From: Azolla caroliniana
Taxonomy: Eukaryota > Plantae > Polypodiophyta
Assembly: GCA_043228905.1 (NCBI GenBank)
Contig: JBHGNT010000728.1
Span: 1 to 16,677, forward strand
DNA: 16,677 nucleotides
Direction: 5' to 3'
Shown: positions 1-8,898 of the stretch, piece by piece
How positions within the stretch are numbered: the stretch's first letter is position 1
Layout: each line of letters opens with the position of its first letter
The notes under the pieces: generated by a model
The model's input: only the letters and a program-made list of their open reading frames with translations
What the model was told of the DNA's origin: nothing
Database searches by the model: none
Made by a program: the position numbers and the translations under genes

Positions 1-19
1 ATTTCTCTCTCTCTTGGCG

Positions 20-425
20 ATGGCGCACCAACAGAGCAGAGCAATGGAAGGACGGACTAGAGTCAAGACGCCGCAACCGATAATGCCAAAAAGAACAAAA
101 TCCAAGTGTCCAATACGAAGAAACCTCTGTTCTTCTATGTCAACCTAGCAAAGAGGTTTATGCAACAATATGAGGAAGTGGAGTTGTCTGCACTAGGAAT
201 GGCCATTTCTACTATTGTGACTGTGGTGGAAATATTGAAGAACAATGGGCTAGTTATTGTGAAGAAGTTATACACATCAACCATTGACTAGGCAATGAGA
301 GGCGTGGGCAGATGGTACAAAAACCAAAGATGGAAATAACATTGAAGAAATCAGACAACTTTGATGAGATCATGGTGGATGCCTCTCATGAGGAAAATGG
401 GACCAATGATCAATATGAGCAATAG
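20..425 (+). pseudogene. Alba-family (small plant ALBA, At2g34160/At1g29250-like) nucleic-acid-binding protein, disabled intronless copy
   Basis: Translation KKNKIQVSNTKKPLFFYVNLAKRFMQQYEEVELSALGMAISTIVTVVEILKNNG...TSTID, then after a 1-nt frameshift at about 289-291 GNERRGQMVQKPKMEITLKKSDNFDEIM...EQ* (TAG 423-425). This matches the plant Alba consensus. ATG at 20 is out of frame with the body and there is an in-frame TAG at 58-60. No intron in the coding part. Confidence 0.9.
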
Positions 426-615
426 ATTATTAGATACCTCTCACTTTTTCTTAGCTAATCCATTTTCTCACATTTCTCTCTACTGCAGGTCTTTTAACCT
501 TTCCTTATTTTCCTTTTAGAATGTTGTATAGACTAGATTTGTACTCTCCAACAGAAATTTTCTTGAAAGCCAAGTGATTTTTTGTTTCTGTTCTTGTTTT
601 CTTCTCTAGCATTAC

Positions 616-618
<3 letters not shown>

Positions 619-682
<64 letters not shown>
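619..682. repeat. (AG)32 microsatellite, probably the (CT)n 3' tail of the adjacent minus-strand LINE
   Basis: Perfect AG run 619-682, directly abutting the LINE 3' UTR. Confidence 0.95.
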
Positions 683-687
<5 letters not shown>

Positions 688-693
688 ATTATC

Positions 694-724
694 GTCTTCG
701 GAGGTCAAATATGACCTATGAGAC
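694..724 (-). other. LINE 3'-terminal stem-loop
   Basis: Minus-strand RNA GUCU-cau-AGGUCA-uauu-UGACCU-ccga-AGAC: a 6-bp stem plus a 4-bp stem, 11 nt before the (CT)n tail. Confidence 0.6.
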
Positions 725-976
725 CAAAAAATATTACATTTCATGTGATATGTTGTCGTAGTGTATTCCACACACTACGTGAAAACCATAAAATAATCGG
801 TTCCCACCCGACTCACGCAACGATCCGGAGCCGAAGGGCTCGACAACGTGTGAAAGTGAGTAGTGACTCTCGATGTTCAAGAACTTTACCAATGAATGTT
901 GCAATCGAGAGTGCACATTGTGGTTGTGAGAGGAATTCATGCAAAGATTGGGCTCGGTCGAAGAGATGTGGAAAGC

Positions 977-1634
977 TGACAGGAACTATACGCTCCCCTA
1001 TGAACAACGCTCGGCCACAACCGAGCTTAGAATCAAACACAGAAAACGGGAATGAATGCACGACACAAAAGTGAGAGAAGAGTACACAGGATGTTTACGT
1101 GGAAAACCCAAACTAGGGAAAAACCACGGCAGCCCACAGGCTGCAAACTATCACTATGTTACAGTGTACAACAGTAAAGCACCAAGGCAACAACCTCGAG
1201 CTTTCTATCTTCGCCACAAGCGGCGGTTACAACAGAGGCAACGACCTCTTCCTCTCTCTCTCTCTCTCTCTATACACAGTTACACACTCTGATCTTGTGC
1301 AAACAAGAATAACAACACTACCATAAGTTTGCCCTAAGTGATATTTATACTAATATGACTTTCTGGCTATTTACAAATATAGCCCCAATGGACTCTCAGA
1401 AAACATATTTACGAATATGTCTCTTCATCCGGTGAGCGCTCCTCACCGGGTTTGCACCATCCAGCTCTCTGTAGCCGGGTACTCCTCATCCGGTTCTCAC
1501 CGGGTCTGCAACATCCGGTCTCCGTAGCCGGGTACTCCTCATCCGGTTTCAGCCTCGGCCTATCGGCCTCGGCAGAGTTTGCTCATCAGCACTGTTCTTC
1601 TCCCTTCCCATCCAGAGGGACCTGTCTCCCAACA
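977..1634 (-). mobile_element. Solo LTR (658 bp), probably copia-type
   Basis: TG...CA ends (TGACAG...CCAACA) flanked by a perfect 5-bp TSD AAAGC (972-976, 1635-1639). Minus-strand TATAAATA at about 1343-1350. No PBS, PPT or internal domain beside it. Confidence 0.92.
1442..1548. repeat. Two-copy tandem repeat (54 + 53 bp) in the U3 of the solo LTR
   Basis: CTCACCGGGT.TGCA.CATCC...GTAGCCGGGTACTCCTCATCCGGTT at 1442-1495 and 1496-1548, rich in CCGG. Confidence 0.9.
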
Positions 1635-2593
1635 AAAGCATGGTCGAATATGATCAAAGGCAGAGCATTGTATAAAAGTGTGATACTCAAACTCGCGAAC
1701 TTGTTTAGGGCAAAGTGTGCATAGTCGACCACTCTCATCACTTGTGCCCCAACGCCCTGTTTCACATCGCAATGCATGTGAGCTAAGTCGTATGGAAGCA
1801 ATGGTTCGAATGGCAGATAACGGTATGGGCTCTAACATGTATCGATGTGTACGATTTCCCCGTTCCGCAAAGAATATGGTTTTGGAGTTAGGTGCAACAT
1901 GTGTAGTATAATGTGTGAAGCGTGAGCCTCCACATTTGTCCCATGTCATGATACATTGGCAATGCAAGAAGGCCTCATTTACAGACGAATCTAATGATGC
2001 ATCATGAAGCAAGTGTCTCACATCCCATATACCAGATCATTTTTCTATATCTTGCATCCAACCGGAACACAAAATTTTGTTTTTATGTGTCTTTTGGATC
2101 TTTTTGCTTGCTGCCCACGCAATTCTAGGAAGTCGATGTGAGGGACTTTTTTGAACCTTAAGCATGTATTCAACAACCCTTTCCATGGCCATGATCTCTA
2201 TGGGAAGCGATCCGTATCAAGGAGGAGGGTGTAGGGCGTTTGTTTCTTAACTTGTAGAAACTTGGTAAGAAAATGTTTTTGGACATTTTCAAACTCTTTC
2301 CACATAGATTTAGAGATGCTACCGCCCCATACTTCCACCCCATAGAGAAGAACCGGTGTCACCAAAGTGTCAAAAAGATATTTCTTGAGGACCCAACACT
2401 TAATATCTCCAAGGTTGCATGTGTTCTCAAATGCATAGTATGCTCGCTTGCCCACCTCTAAGCGGTGTGTAGCACATTCATTCCATCTATGATTTGAAGG
2501 AACTTCAAGGCCAAGATATTTGAAGCTTTCCACACATTCAAGTGGCTCATTGTTGTACATAATGCATGGTTTATCTCTTTTTTGGCTCTTCAC

Positions 2594-3046
2594 TGTTCCT
2601 GAATCTATGAGTAGCAAGCAACCCGCAACACGCTTCGAGTAGGGAATCAGGATAGTGGGCAGAGAGCTTCTAGCAAGGAGCAAGGGAGCAACGAACAAAG
2701 AGGGGGAAAAGGGGAAAAGGGAAAGGAAGGTCTTAGGTGGGGATTGGGAAGCGGAGATTCATAATTTACAGAAACGTTAGTTTTCTTTACCTTTTTTCTA
2801 CACAAACAATATAAAGTCCCAATGTAACCAGAATGTTAACATTGTTCCTAGGACTTTACCCAACACTAATGTACTATTGTATTGGTCTTAGCAAAATTTG
2901 ACGGTATTATCAAATTTTAAGCCTTCATTTTTACGTTTTCATAAAACATATGCCTGTCAAGATTGATGGTTTCATTTTTAAATTAACCTTCATATACGAT
3001 TAAATTTACCAAAAACGATCAAAATGGCCGTCAAAAGGCAACACTG
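2594..3046. mobile_element. One end of a probable hAT DNA transposon
   Basis: Ends in GGCAACACTG (3037-3046; reverse complement CAGTGTTGCC, a hAT-like terminal inverted repeat, TIR) exactly where chromodomain homology starts. Subterminal TTTGACGG motif in both orientations (about 2897 and 3028). Partner TIR not in window and left boundary uncertain. Confidence 0.5.
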
Positions 3047-3208
3047 CCTCCGAGTGATCGCACTTTGGAACCCTTCAATAATGTTTATAATGCTCAAGCT
3101 CTTGTCAAAGACTTCCATCGCCGTTATCCAAACAAACCGGGCCCTACGTTGTTAATGATGACTGCCATTCGTCGTTCTCGATGGGGAGATAGTGTCATGA
3201 ATACATAA
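3047..3208 (+). pseudogene. C-terminal half of a chromovirus (Tcn1-like Ty3/gypsy) integrase chromodomain, absent from the ORF track
   Basis: In-frame PPSDRTLEPFNNVYNAQALVKDFHRRYPNKPGP...WGDSVMNT*, matching the TWEPxxN...FHxxYPxKP chromodomain tail (W>L). The frame reads through the PPT into the LTR. Confidence 0.8.
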
Positions 3209-3592
3209 GCATCAATCAAGAACCTAACTATTAGGATAGCATATGATTATATAAAATAATAAAAGCTACTTCTTGTAATAGATTGATTATTGTAAATGTT
3301 CTGGAACATTCTAGAACATTCTAGAATATCCTCGAACATCTTAGAATATTCTAGGTCTAGAACATTATAGAAATCACTAGGCTATTCTATAGGAACCTAT
3401 AAATATGGACATACAATTCTTCTCAAATCAATTCGAATCAACACCAGTCTTAAGCTTTCGTCACCTTTCTTGCATCCATCTTCATTCTATCTTACTAATA
3501 CATTCATTCTTCTCTTATCACTTCATTCCTCTCTTCTCGTGATCTCTTTACATCTTTCTTCTACCACTCTATCTTTTCTCTTGGTTCTGACA
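3193..3592 (+). mobile_element. Chromovirus 3' LTR (400 bp), preceded by a PPT
   Basis: Perfect TGTCA...TGACA termini. Purine tract GGGGAGATAG at 3183-3192. CTATAAATA at about 3397-3405. Copia pol homology resumes immediately at 3593. Confidence 0.88.
3298..3373. repeat. Degenerate tandem array of the palindrome TTCTAGAA (about 11-bp period) upstream of the LTR TATA box
   Basis: gTTCtgGAAcaTTCtaGAAcaTTCtaGAAtaTCCtcGAAca...: alternating TTC/GAA units. Confidence 0.75.
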
Positions 3593-5054
3593 TTGGTTGG
3601 ACAGATCGCCGACCAGGGGATGCAAGTTCGATTCATGCATCTTGGTTGCTACATCGAAGAAGAGGGGAAAGTCATTGCGCAAAAGCATCGAGAAGGGAGA
3701 ATGTTCATCCTCAACACCAATGAAGTCGAAACCACATTGTTTGTGAAAGGACAAAAGGTCGAGTTGGACATCGACCTATGGCAGAAGCGGTTTGGCCATG
3801 TTAACTTCCTGTGGCCTCGTGAAATGCAGATGAAGAACATTGTTTTCGGATTGCCGAAATTTAGTGGCCGGAACAGCCAAGTCTACGAAGCCTGCCAGCT
3901 CGGGAAGCAGCACCGACTTCCATTCCCCAACGAGCGTAATCAGAGTCAAAATCCGCTCGATGTGATCCATTCGGATGTATGGGGACCGACACAGAACATG
4001 AGCATCGGAGGAAGTCATTACTTCGTAAGCTTCATCGATGACTTCACTCGACACACTTGGGCGTGCTTGATCGCGAAAAAGAGTGAAGCCTTCGCGTGTT
4101 TCCTGAAGGTGAAGAGCCTTGCGGAAAGGGAAACCGGGCGAAAGATCAAGTTCCTAAGGTCCGATCACGGGAAGGAGTACTTCTTCGACTAGTTCTCGAG
4201 TTATCAACAGAATGAGGGAATTCGACGCGAATTCTTGTGTAGATACATGCTGCAGCAAAACGGTGTGGCCGAGAGGAAGAATCAGATGATAGAGGACGCA
4301 GCAAACACAATGCTTGAAGAGAGGCATCTGTCGAAGTTCTATTGGGTTGAAGTGATCAGAATTGCCGTCTACCTCTAGAATCGGGCATCTGCCAATGGAG
4401 GAGTGTCGCCACATGAGTTGTACTTCAAGAAGAACCCAAACTTGGCACACTTGAGGGTTTTCGATAACATCGTGTATGTGCATGTGCCGAAGGAGAAACG
4501 GAGGAAGTTGGACACCAAAGCCGAGAAGTGTATCTTGGTTGGCTACTTGGACGAACATAAGGGTTATAAGTATTATAATCCCGAACCAAACAAGCTCGCA
4601 TACGTCGTGATGACATTGTGTTCGACGAGTCCGCATCGTGGTACTTGCCTTCGCCTCCAACCCCTGACAACTCCATTCCAATCTCTGACGAAGAGGTCAG
4701 CGATGCTGAAATGCCTCAGGACGAAGGAGACATCGGAGCTCTTGAAGAGAGTCTAATCTTATTCAGGCGGCCGAATGAGCGACTGAGTCGGCATGACCAG
4801 TTAGACGCAGAGCCGGCGAGTAGTGGAGACTCGGTCGTGCATTCCCCGTGCAGGAAGCCGAGGAGACTATAAGTCCATCTCAACTCCTTTGGACAGAAAC
4901 ATCAAGCTTCACTGAGATTCAGGAAAGGCGTGCGCCTGACAGATTGTCGGCAACCTAATTTATTTGATGATCACTCGGCCGGATCCCAGTTACCCGGTCG
5001 GCCTGATCAATCAATTTATGTCATAGCCCACGGCCGAACACCTTCAGTGCGCGT
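3593..5054 (+). pseudogene. Ty1/copia pol fragment: GAG-pre-integrase, integrase core, linker and a short late-RT piece after an internal deletion
   Basis: Motifs LWQKRFGH, CQLGKQHR, IHSDVWGP, FIDDFTR, LRSDHGKEY, QQNGVAERKN, KCILVGY and VFDES. Stops at 4190 and 4376 plus frameshifts. At about 4868 the sequence jumps to KSISTPLDRNIKL and then QIVGNLIYLMITRPD...PTAEHLQCA. Confidence 0.92.
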
Positions 5055-5679
5055 TGTTGGGGTAGTTGTGGTTTGTGTGGCGAAGTCACGGGGACTAATG
5101 TTAAAAGGAGATGGCTATACAATTTATAAGGCTTGTGCAACAATGTTAGAAAGATTAAGGATAGGAAGAACAAGAGTTAGAAGTAATGTGCGAGAGACAG
5201 ATGAGCATAGATAAGAGATAAGAGACAATGTATGATTTAAGAAGTGAAAATGTATTATAAGAACAAGCTTATATTAACAATACAATATTTTACCAAAGGT
5301 ATAGTGTCGATCAGAAGATGCGGCTTTTCTTTTGTTGAACTTTAGATTTGAACCGTCGACTTCAACACCGAGAGACAAGACATTTCACCAAATGAGCTAG
5401 CTTCTTTACTTTCTCTTCCTTGATTGATTACCCTATTTTCCCTTCCTTCATCCCTTAATTCCTTGCCTCTCTTTATAGGTTCTCTCATGCATATGATGAT
5501 ATGAGGGTGCATGGCATGCATGTAATGCATGCATAGTTCTAGCCATATGTCCCATTCGTGTCATACTCAAACGCCAATATTCGTATCATACTCATACGTG
5601 AAAAGGCTCCAAGTATGATTGAAATCCATACGCAGTACATAGACATATACATATGGTGTATATGGTGTACATAGTGTGT

Positions 5680-5712
<33 letters not shown>

Positions 5713-6306
5713 TGTGTGTGTGTGTAGTCTAGAGAGAGAAGCCATGTTTTGCATGTGTGAGGAGACAGTGGTTGAGTGTATATCTAGACTCTAGAGAGAG
5801 AGAGAGAGAGGAGTAATGGGTTTTGTCTGTGTGAGGGAGTGTGTAATATGTATATTAGATATCTAGATTTTGTAGAGAGAGAAGATCTGTCAGTTCTCGT
5901 GTGTGAGAGAGAGAGAGAGAGAGTGTGTGTGTGTCAGACATCACTTCTATTCACAAAGAATTATGAACCTCAAAAATTAAAAAAAGCCAAACGAATATCG
6001 CGTATCATACGCGTACGTTTGCAAACGTTCGCATACGTCCAGTAAATTGAACGTACGCGAATATTAGGAACTATGAATGCATGTGATGCATGATCACCAT
6101 TTCGCGCACATGTGTTACATGTGATGCAGATACACATGCTCATCTAAGCTCTAATGTATGAAGATACACATGTCATAAGTATGATACTAAAAATATAACT
6201 ATAGAAAATAATTTATCCTAATGGTATATACTTTGTCCTTAGTGTGTGAGGTTATGGGTTCAAGTTTTTCAAATGTTACTCAATACAATATTGAAGTTTA
6301 TTTTTA
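5055..6306 (-). mobile_element. Gypsy-family LTR (LTR-B), U3-truncated and carrying a MITE
   Basis: TGTTG begins at 5055 exactly where copia homology stops. Blocks at about 5465-5526 and 6217-6305 are clearly homologous to about 8013-8074 and 8091-8181 of LTR-C. Minus-strand TATA (CCTATAAA) at about 5472-5479. Confidence 0.7.
5532..6075. mobile_element. Non-autonomous hAT element/MITE (544 bp)
   Basis: TIRs CATAGTTC (5532-5539) and GAACTATG (6068-6075). Perfect 8-bp TSD AATGCATG (5524-5531, 6076-6083). Subterminal CGTA/TACG motifs and internal (GT)n/(GA)n tracts. Confidence 0.92.
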
Positions 6307-7781
6307 TATTTTTGCAAGGAAAGATAAGCTTTGGGACCATTGTGTCCCTACCCATCAATGACCCTATTTAAAAATCCGACTCATAAGATGACATATCATG
6401 CTCACATGAGTTAATTCGTAATTCTTCTTTATTTCTATCATGCTCCTACCTAACAATAAGAAATTGAACACTCCTTTTACCATTAGTACTCCGAATTCTA
6501 GCATATGTCGAGCCATCTTCAAGCACCTTCGTCTCCATCCTAAAAGATGTGATATATGGTTGACCAAGAATCACTAGGTATGACGAGGTTTTTTAGGTAA
6601 AGAAATGTTGCTCCATTGGCACATCTCCAATGGTGACTTTGATGTTTGGGCAAGCTCCATGAAGTTGCTCGGTTGTTGAATTAGCCGATTTTACTCTCCA
6701 CCCATGATTCGTTTCCATTGGCCATCCGCCTTTCCTATAAATATCATAAGAAATTAGATTAATTTCTAAACCGTTGTCAATTAAGGCCACGACCAGATCT
6801 TCAAGTTTTTCAATCTTCACGGGTGTCTCAGTTGTTGCTCTTGCCCAATGTTTCTTAGCATAGTAGCTTTTTAGCTCTTTCGACTTCTCTTCAAAAGTTG
6901 TCATTGCAATAGCTTGTGTACCAACAATGGAAGAGCTTGGTTCACCTTTGAGGACTTCCACACAATGAGTCCATCACTATTTCGGGTACCTTGGAAATAG
7001 TTGACGGACTCCCAGTATCCTCCCTGATGGTTGTCTTCATTTCATCTTTCATACCTCTGGTAATCGAAAGATCCTCACACCATTGGGCTCTTTTGTTGAT
7101 TCTGTTGCAAGCTTCATGTACTCGATTCCAATCAAACACTAGTCTAGTGGGTGTAGTCCAGTCTTCAAAGAATGCAACTAATTTTTCTCGATAGGATCAG
7201 TTTGATGCCTTCAAGAATAATATGACCTTCTCTTGTTCCAAAAGAGTCCTTTCAGTCGTCATTAATTGATTATAATGAGCCTCAAACTCTTTCAACAACT
7301 CCATCACCGAAATCTTCTTGTCCTCTTTGTCCACCCAATCCAAGAAAATCCTCCTTGATGCTCGGATTGTATCACCAATCATATATTCATTTAATAAAGC
7401 TTGCTCAAATGCAACCCAATCATTAGAACTTGTTGTGAGTTCAGAGACTCTATTTCTCAAAGGGAGTTCAACCATCCTCACAAAATTTATTTGAACATCA
7501 TGTTGATTTAATCCTTTACTACCCATCTCAGTAACATATAGTTGTAAGAATTTAGTTATATTTTTACCTTCAAAGAGACCTATTTTCTCTACAAGCTTGT
7601 CAATAGCATGATCGATTCGTTGAAGAGCAGTTGCACATTCTTGGCTTTGCATAATTCTTTCAATCATTTGAAGCACCACGTTGATTTGTGGCTCCACAAT
7701 GACTTCTTGGTTAATTCGTGGCTTCGAGACTGCTTGTTGGTTCTTGGTTGATTTGTTGGTTGTGAGGATTTGTTGGTTCAC
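6307..7781 (-). pseudogene. Ty3/gypsy gag-protease, internally deleted copy (left unit)
   Basis: Gag (FEGKNITKFLQLY...EQEKVILFLKAS), TGA at 7197-7199, deletion at about 6962-6968, protease VALIDNGLEINLIS, and end ESDF* at 6368-6370. It is an inverted, closely similar copy of 8897-10895. Confidence 0.88.
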
Positions 7782-7794
7782 ATCGGGTTCACCA
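7777..7794 (-). promoter_or_regulatory. Primer-binding site (PBS) complementary to tRNA-Trp
   Basis: Minus strand reads ...CAACA-G-TGGTGAACCCGATGTGAA. This is 17/18 identical to the complement of the plant tRNA-Trp(CCA) 3' end as I recall it (TGGTGAACCCGACGTGAA). Confidence 0.8.
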
Positions 7795-7795
7795 C

Positions 7796-8335
7796 TGTTG
7801 CGTCGATCTCAGTGTAGGAGAGCAAACGAAAAGAAAATCGCGAATCCGGGAAGTAAACACCGGGCTTCTCATCAAAGAAAGAGGAGAAACGGAAATAACT
7901 TGTATTGATATTTGAAGATGATTACAAAATATTTCTTGTACAGTAATATAGCTTGTCCCTCCTATTACAATAATATTCCTCGTCTCATGTTCTCCTCACT
8001 CTTTTCCCATTCCCTCTTTAAATAGGTGTCGCCATGCATATGATGCATGTGAGGGTACAAGACATGCACGTAATAAAAGAAATGACCTAGCCTAATGGTA
8101 TGTACCTTGTGTTGGTATGTGAGGTTGTGGGTTCAAGTCTCTCAAATGTTATTTAATACAATATTTTTAAAGTTTATTTTTCTGTCATGAAGCAAATCCT
8201 TCACGACACCTAAACCCCCACATGCTCCTACTCATCGAGGCCTCACACTCTATATAACCTTTTACAAAGATTTGAATAAGCTCATATAAATTGGTAGAGG
8301 TTATTTTCTCATCATGGGATGGAAACGTCACGACA
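7796..8335 (-). mobile_element. Gypsy LTR-C (540 bp) shared between two tandem units
   Basis: Minus strand TGTCGTGA...CAACA. PPT TAGAGGGGGAGGA (8336-8348) lies immediately upstream and the PBS immediately downstream. No TSD. Confidence 0.85.
8081..8168 (+). promoter_or_regulatory. tRNA-like Pol III internal promoter module (A box, B box, T-run) inside the LTR U3
   Basis: A box TAGCCTAATGG 8088-8098, B box GTTCAAGTC 8131-8139 at tRNA-like spacing, TTTTT 8164-8168. A degenerate homologue is at 6214-6266. Confidence 0.5.
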
Positions 8336-8345
8336 TCCTCCCCCT

Positions 8346-8898
8346 CTAAACCTGCGCATCCTCTAGCATGCGCCAACGAATGTCTCCTTCTTCAACTTCA
8401 TGGATGTCATATTCGTTGAGGAAGTTAGTGCTTTGATCTTCCCTTCTCTTGAATAGCTTAATTCACTTTCCTGCAATTGGTAACTTTAAAGCAACTCCAT
8501 CAATTTCAATTAGGAAATACGTTGCATTTTTATTCACTTGTCTAATGATATATGGCCCAAACCATCTTTTGGCAAATTTGCGAGTACTATGCTGGTTATC
8601 CAAGCTGTTGTCATAAACTATGACCCAATCACCTTCTTGGAGCTCTCTTGGTCGAAGGCGATAGGTTTTATCATATCTTTCTTTGTTCAGTAGTCGACAT
8701 TGTTTCATCTTTTCCGTAGTTATTTGAACATCTTCATCCCTTCTTTCTAGTTGTCTTATTCTAAGAGAAAGCAAATCTTCTCGACTCATTTCATCTGCCC
8801 ATGGCAAGGAAACCTAGGAAAATACCAATTGCTCTACTAGCATAATTGGCTTTTGACCAAGTATCAATTCTGATGGCATAAAGCCAATTACGGAACTG
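8346..8898 (-). pseudogene. Ty3/gypsy integrase C-terminal part (GPY/F motif, no chromodomain)
   Basis: SSVIGFMPSELILGQKPI...LQEGDWVIVYDNSL...KFAKRWFGPYII...ATYFLIEIDG, with stops at 8814 and 8463. It ends beside the PPT. Confidence 0.88.

Larger units (their letters stand above)
619..2593 (-). mobile_element. 5'-truncated non-LTR retrotransposon (RTE/RTE-X-like LINE), interrupted by a solo LTR
   Basis: Minus-strand ORF2 C-terminal half, short 3' UTR, terminal hairpin and microsatellite tail. Homology stops at about 2593. No TSD found. Confidence 0.85.
813..2593 (-). pseudogene. LINE ORF2 remnant: end of RT, thumb region and C-terminal CCHC-type zinc finger
   Basis: Motifs VESFKYLG, LVTPVLLYGVEVWG, IRLSSHALRCETGRWG and RLCTLCPKQVREFEYHTFIQC. 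Removing the LTR and one TSD copy rejoins HIRPCF|PHLFDRAQSLHEFL in frame, ending at TGA 813-815. Frameshift near 2213 and premature TGA at 2037-2039. Confidence 0.88.

Noticed and set aside
505-771. 88-aa ORF with SLSLSL run
   Set aside because: It is a translation of the (CT)n microsatellite and the LINE 3' UTR.
1428-1575. CCGG-rich repeats as a CRISPR-like array
   Set aside because: There are only two adjacent units without unique spacers, inside a plant LTR, and no cas genes.
751-1634. TGTTG...CAACA as LTR boundaries
   Set aside because: No TSD at 751. The 977 start gives a perfect AAAGC TSD and restores the LINE frame.
3470-3592. Hydrophobic signal-peptide-like N-terminus on the 240-aa integrase ORF
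   Set aside because: It is CT-rich chromovirus LTR sequence fused in frame by the insertion, starting at TTG.
2596-4926. Inverted 11-mer TTCCTGAATCT / AGATTCAGGAA as TIRs
   Set aside because: The right copy lies within copia RT coding sequence (DSGKAC) and there is no TSD, so it is probably chance.
8081-8155. Functional tRNA gene
   Set aside because: No convincing acceptor or anticodon stem; only the A/B boxes and a weak T-arm are present.
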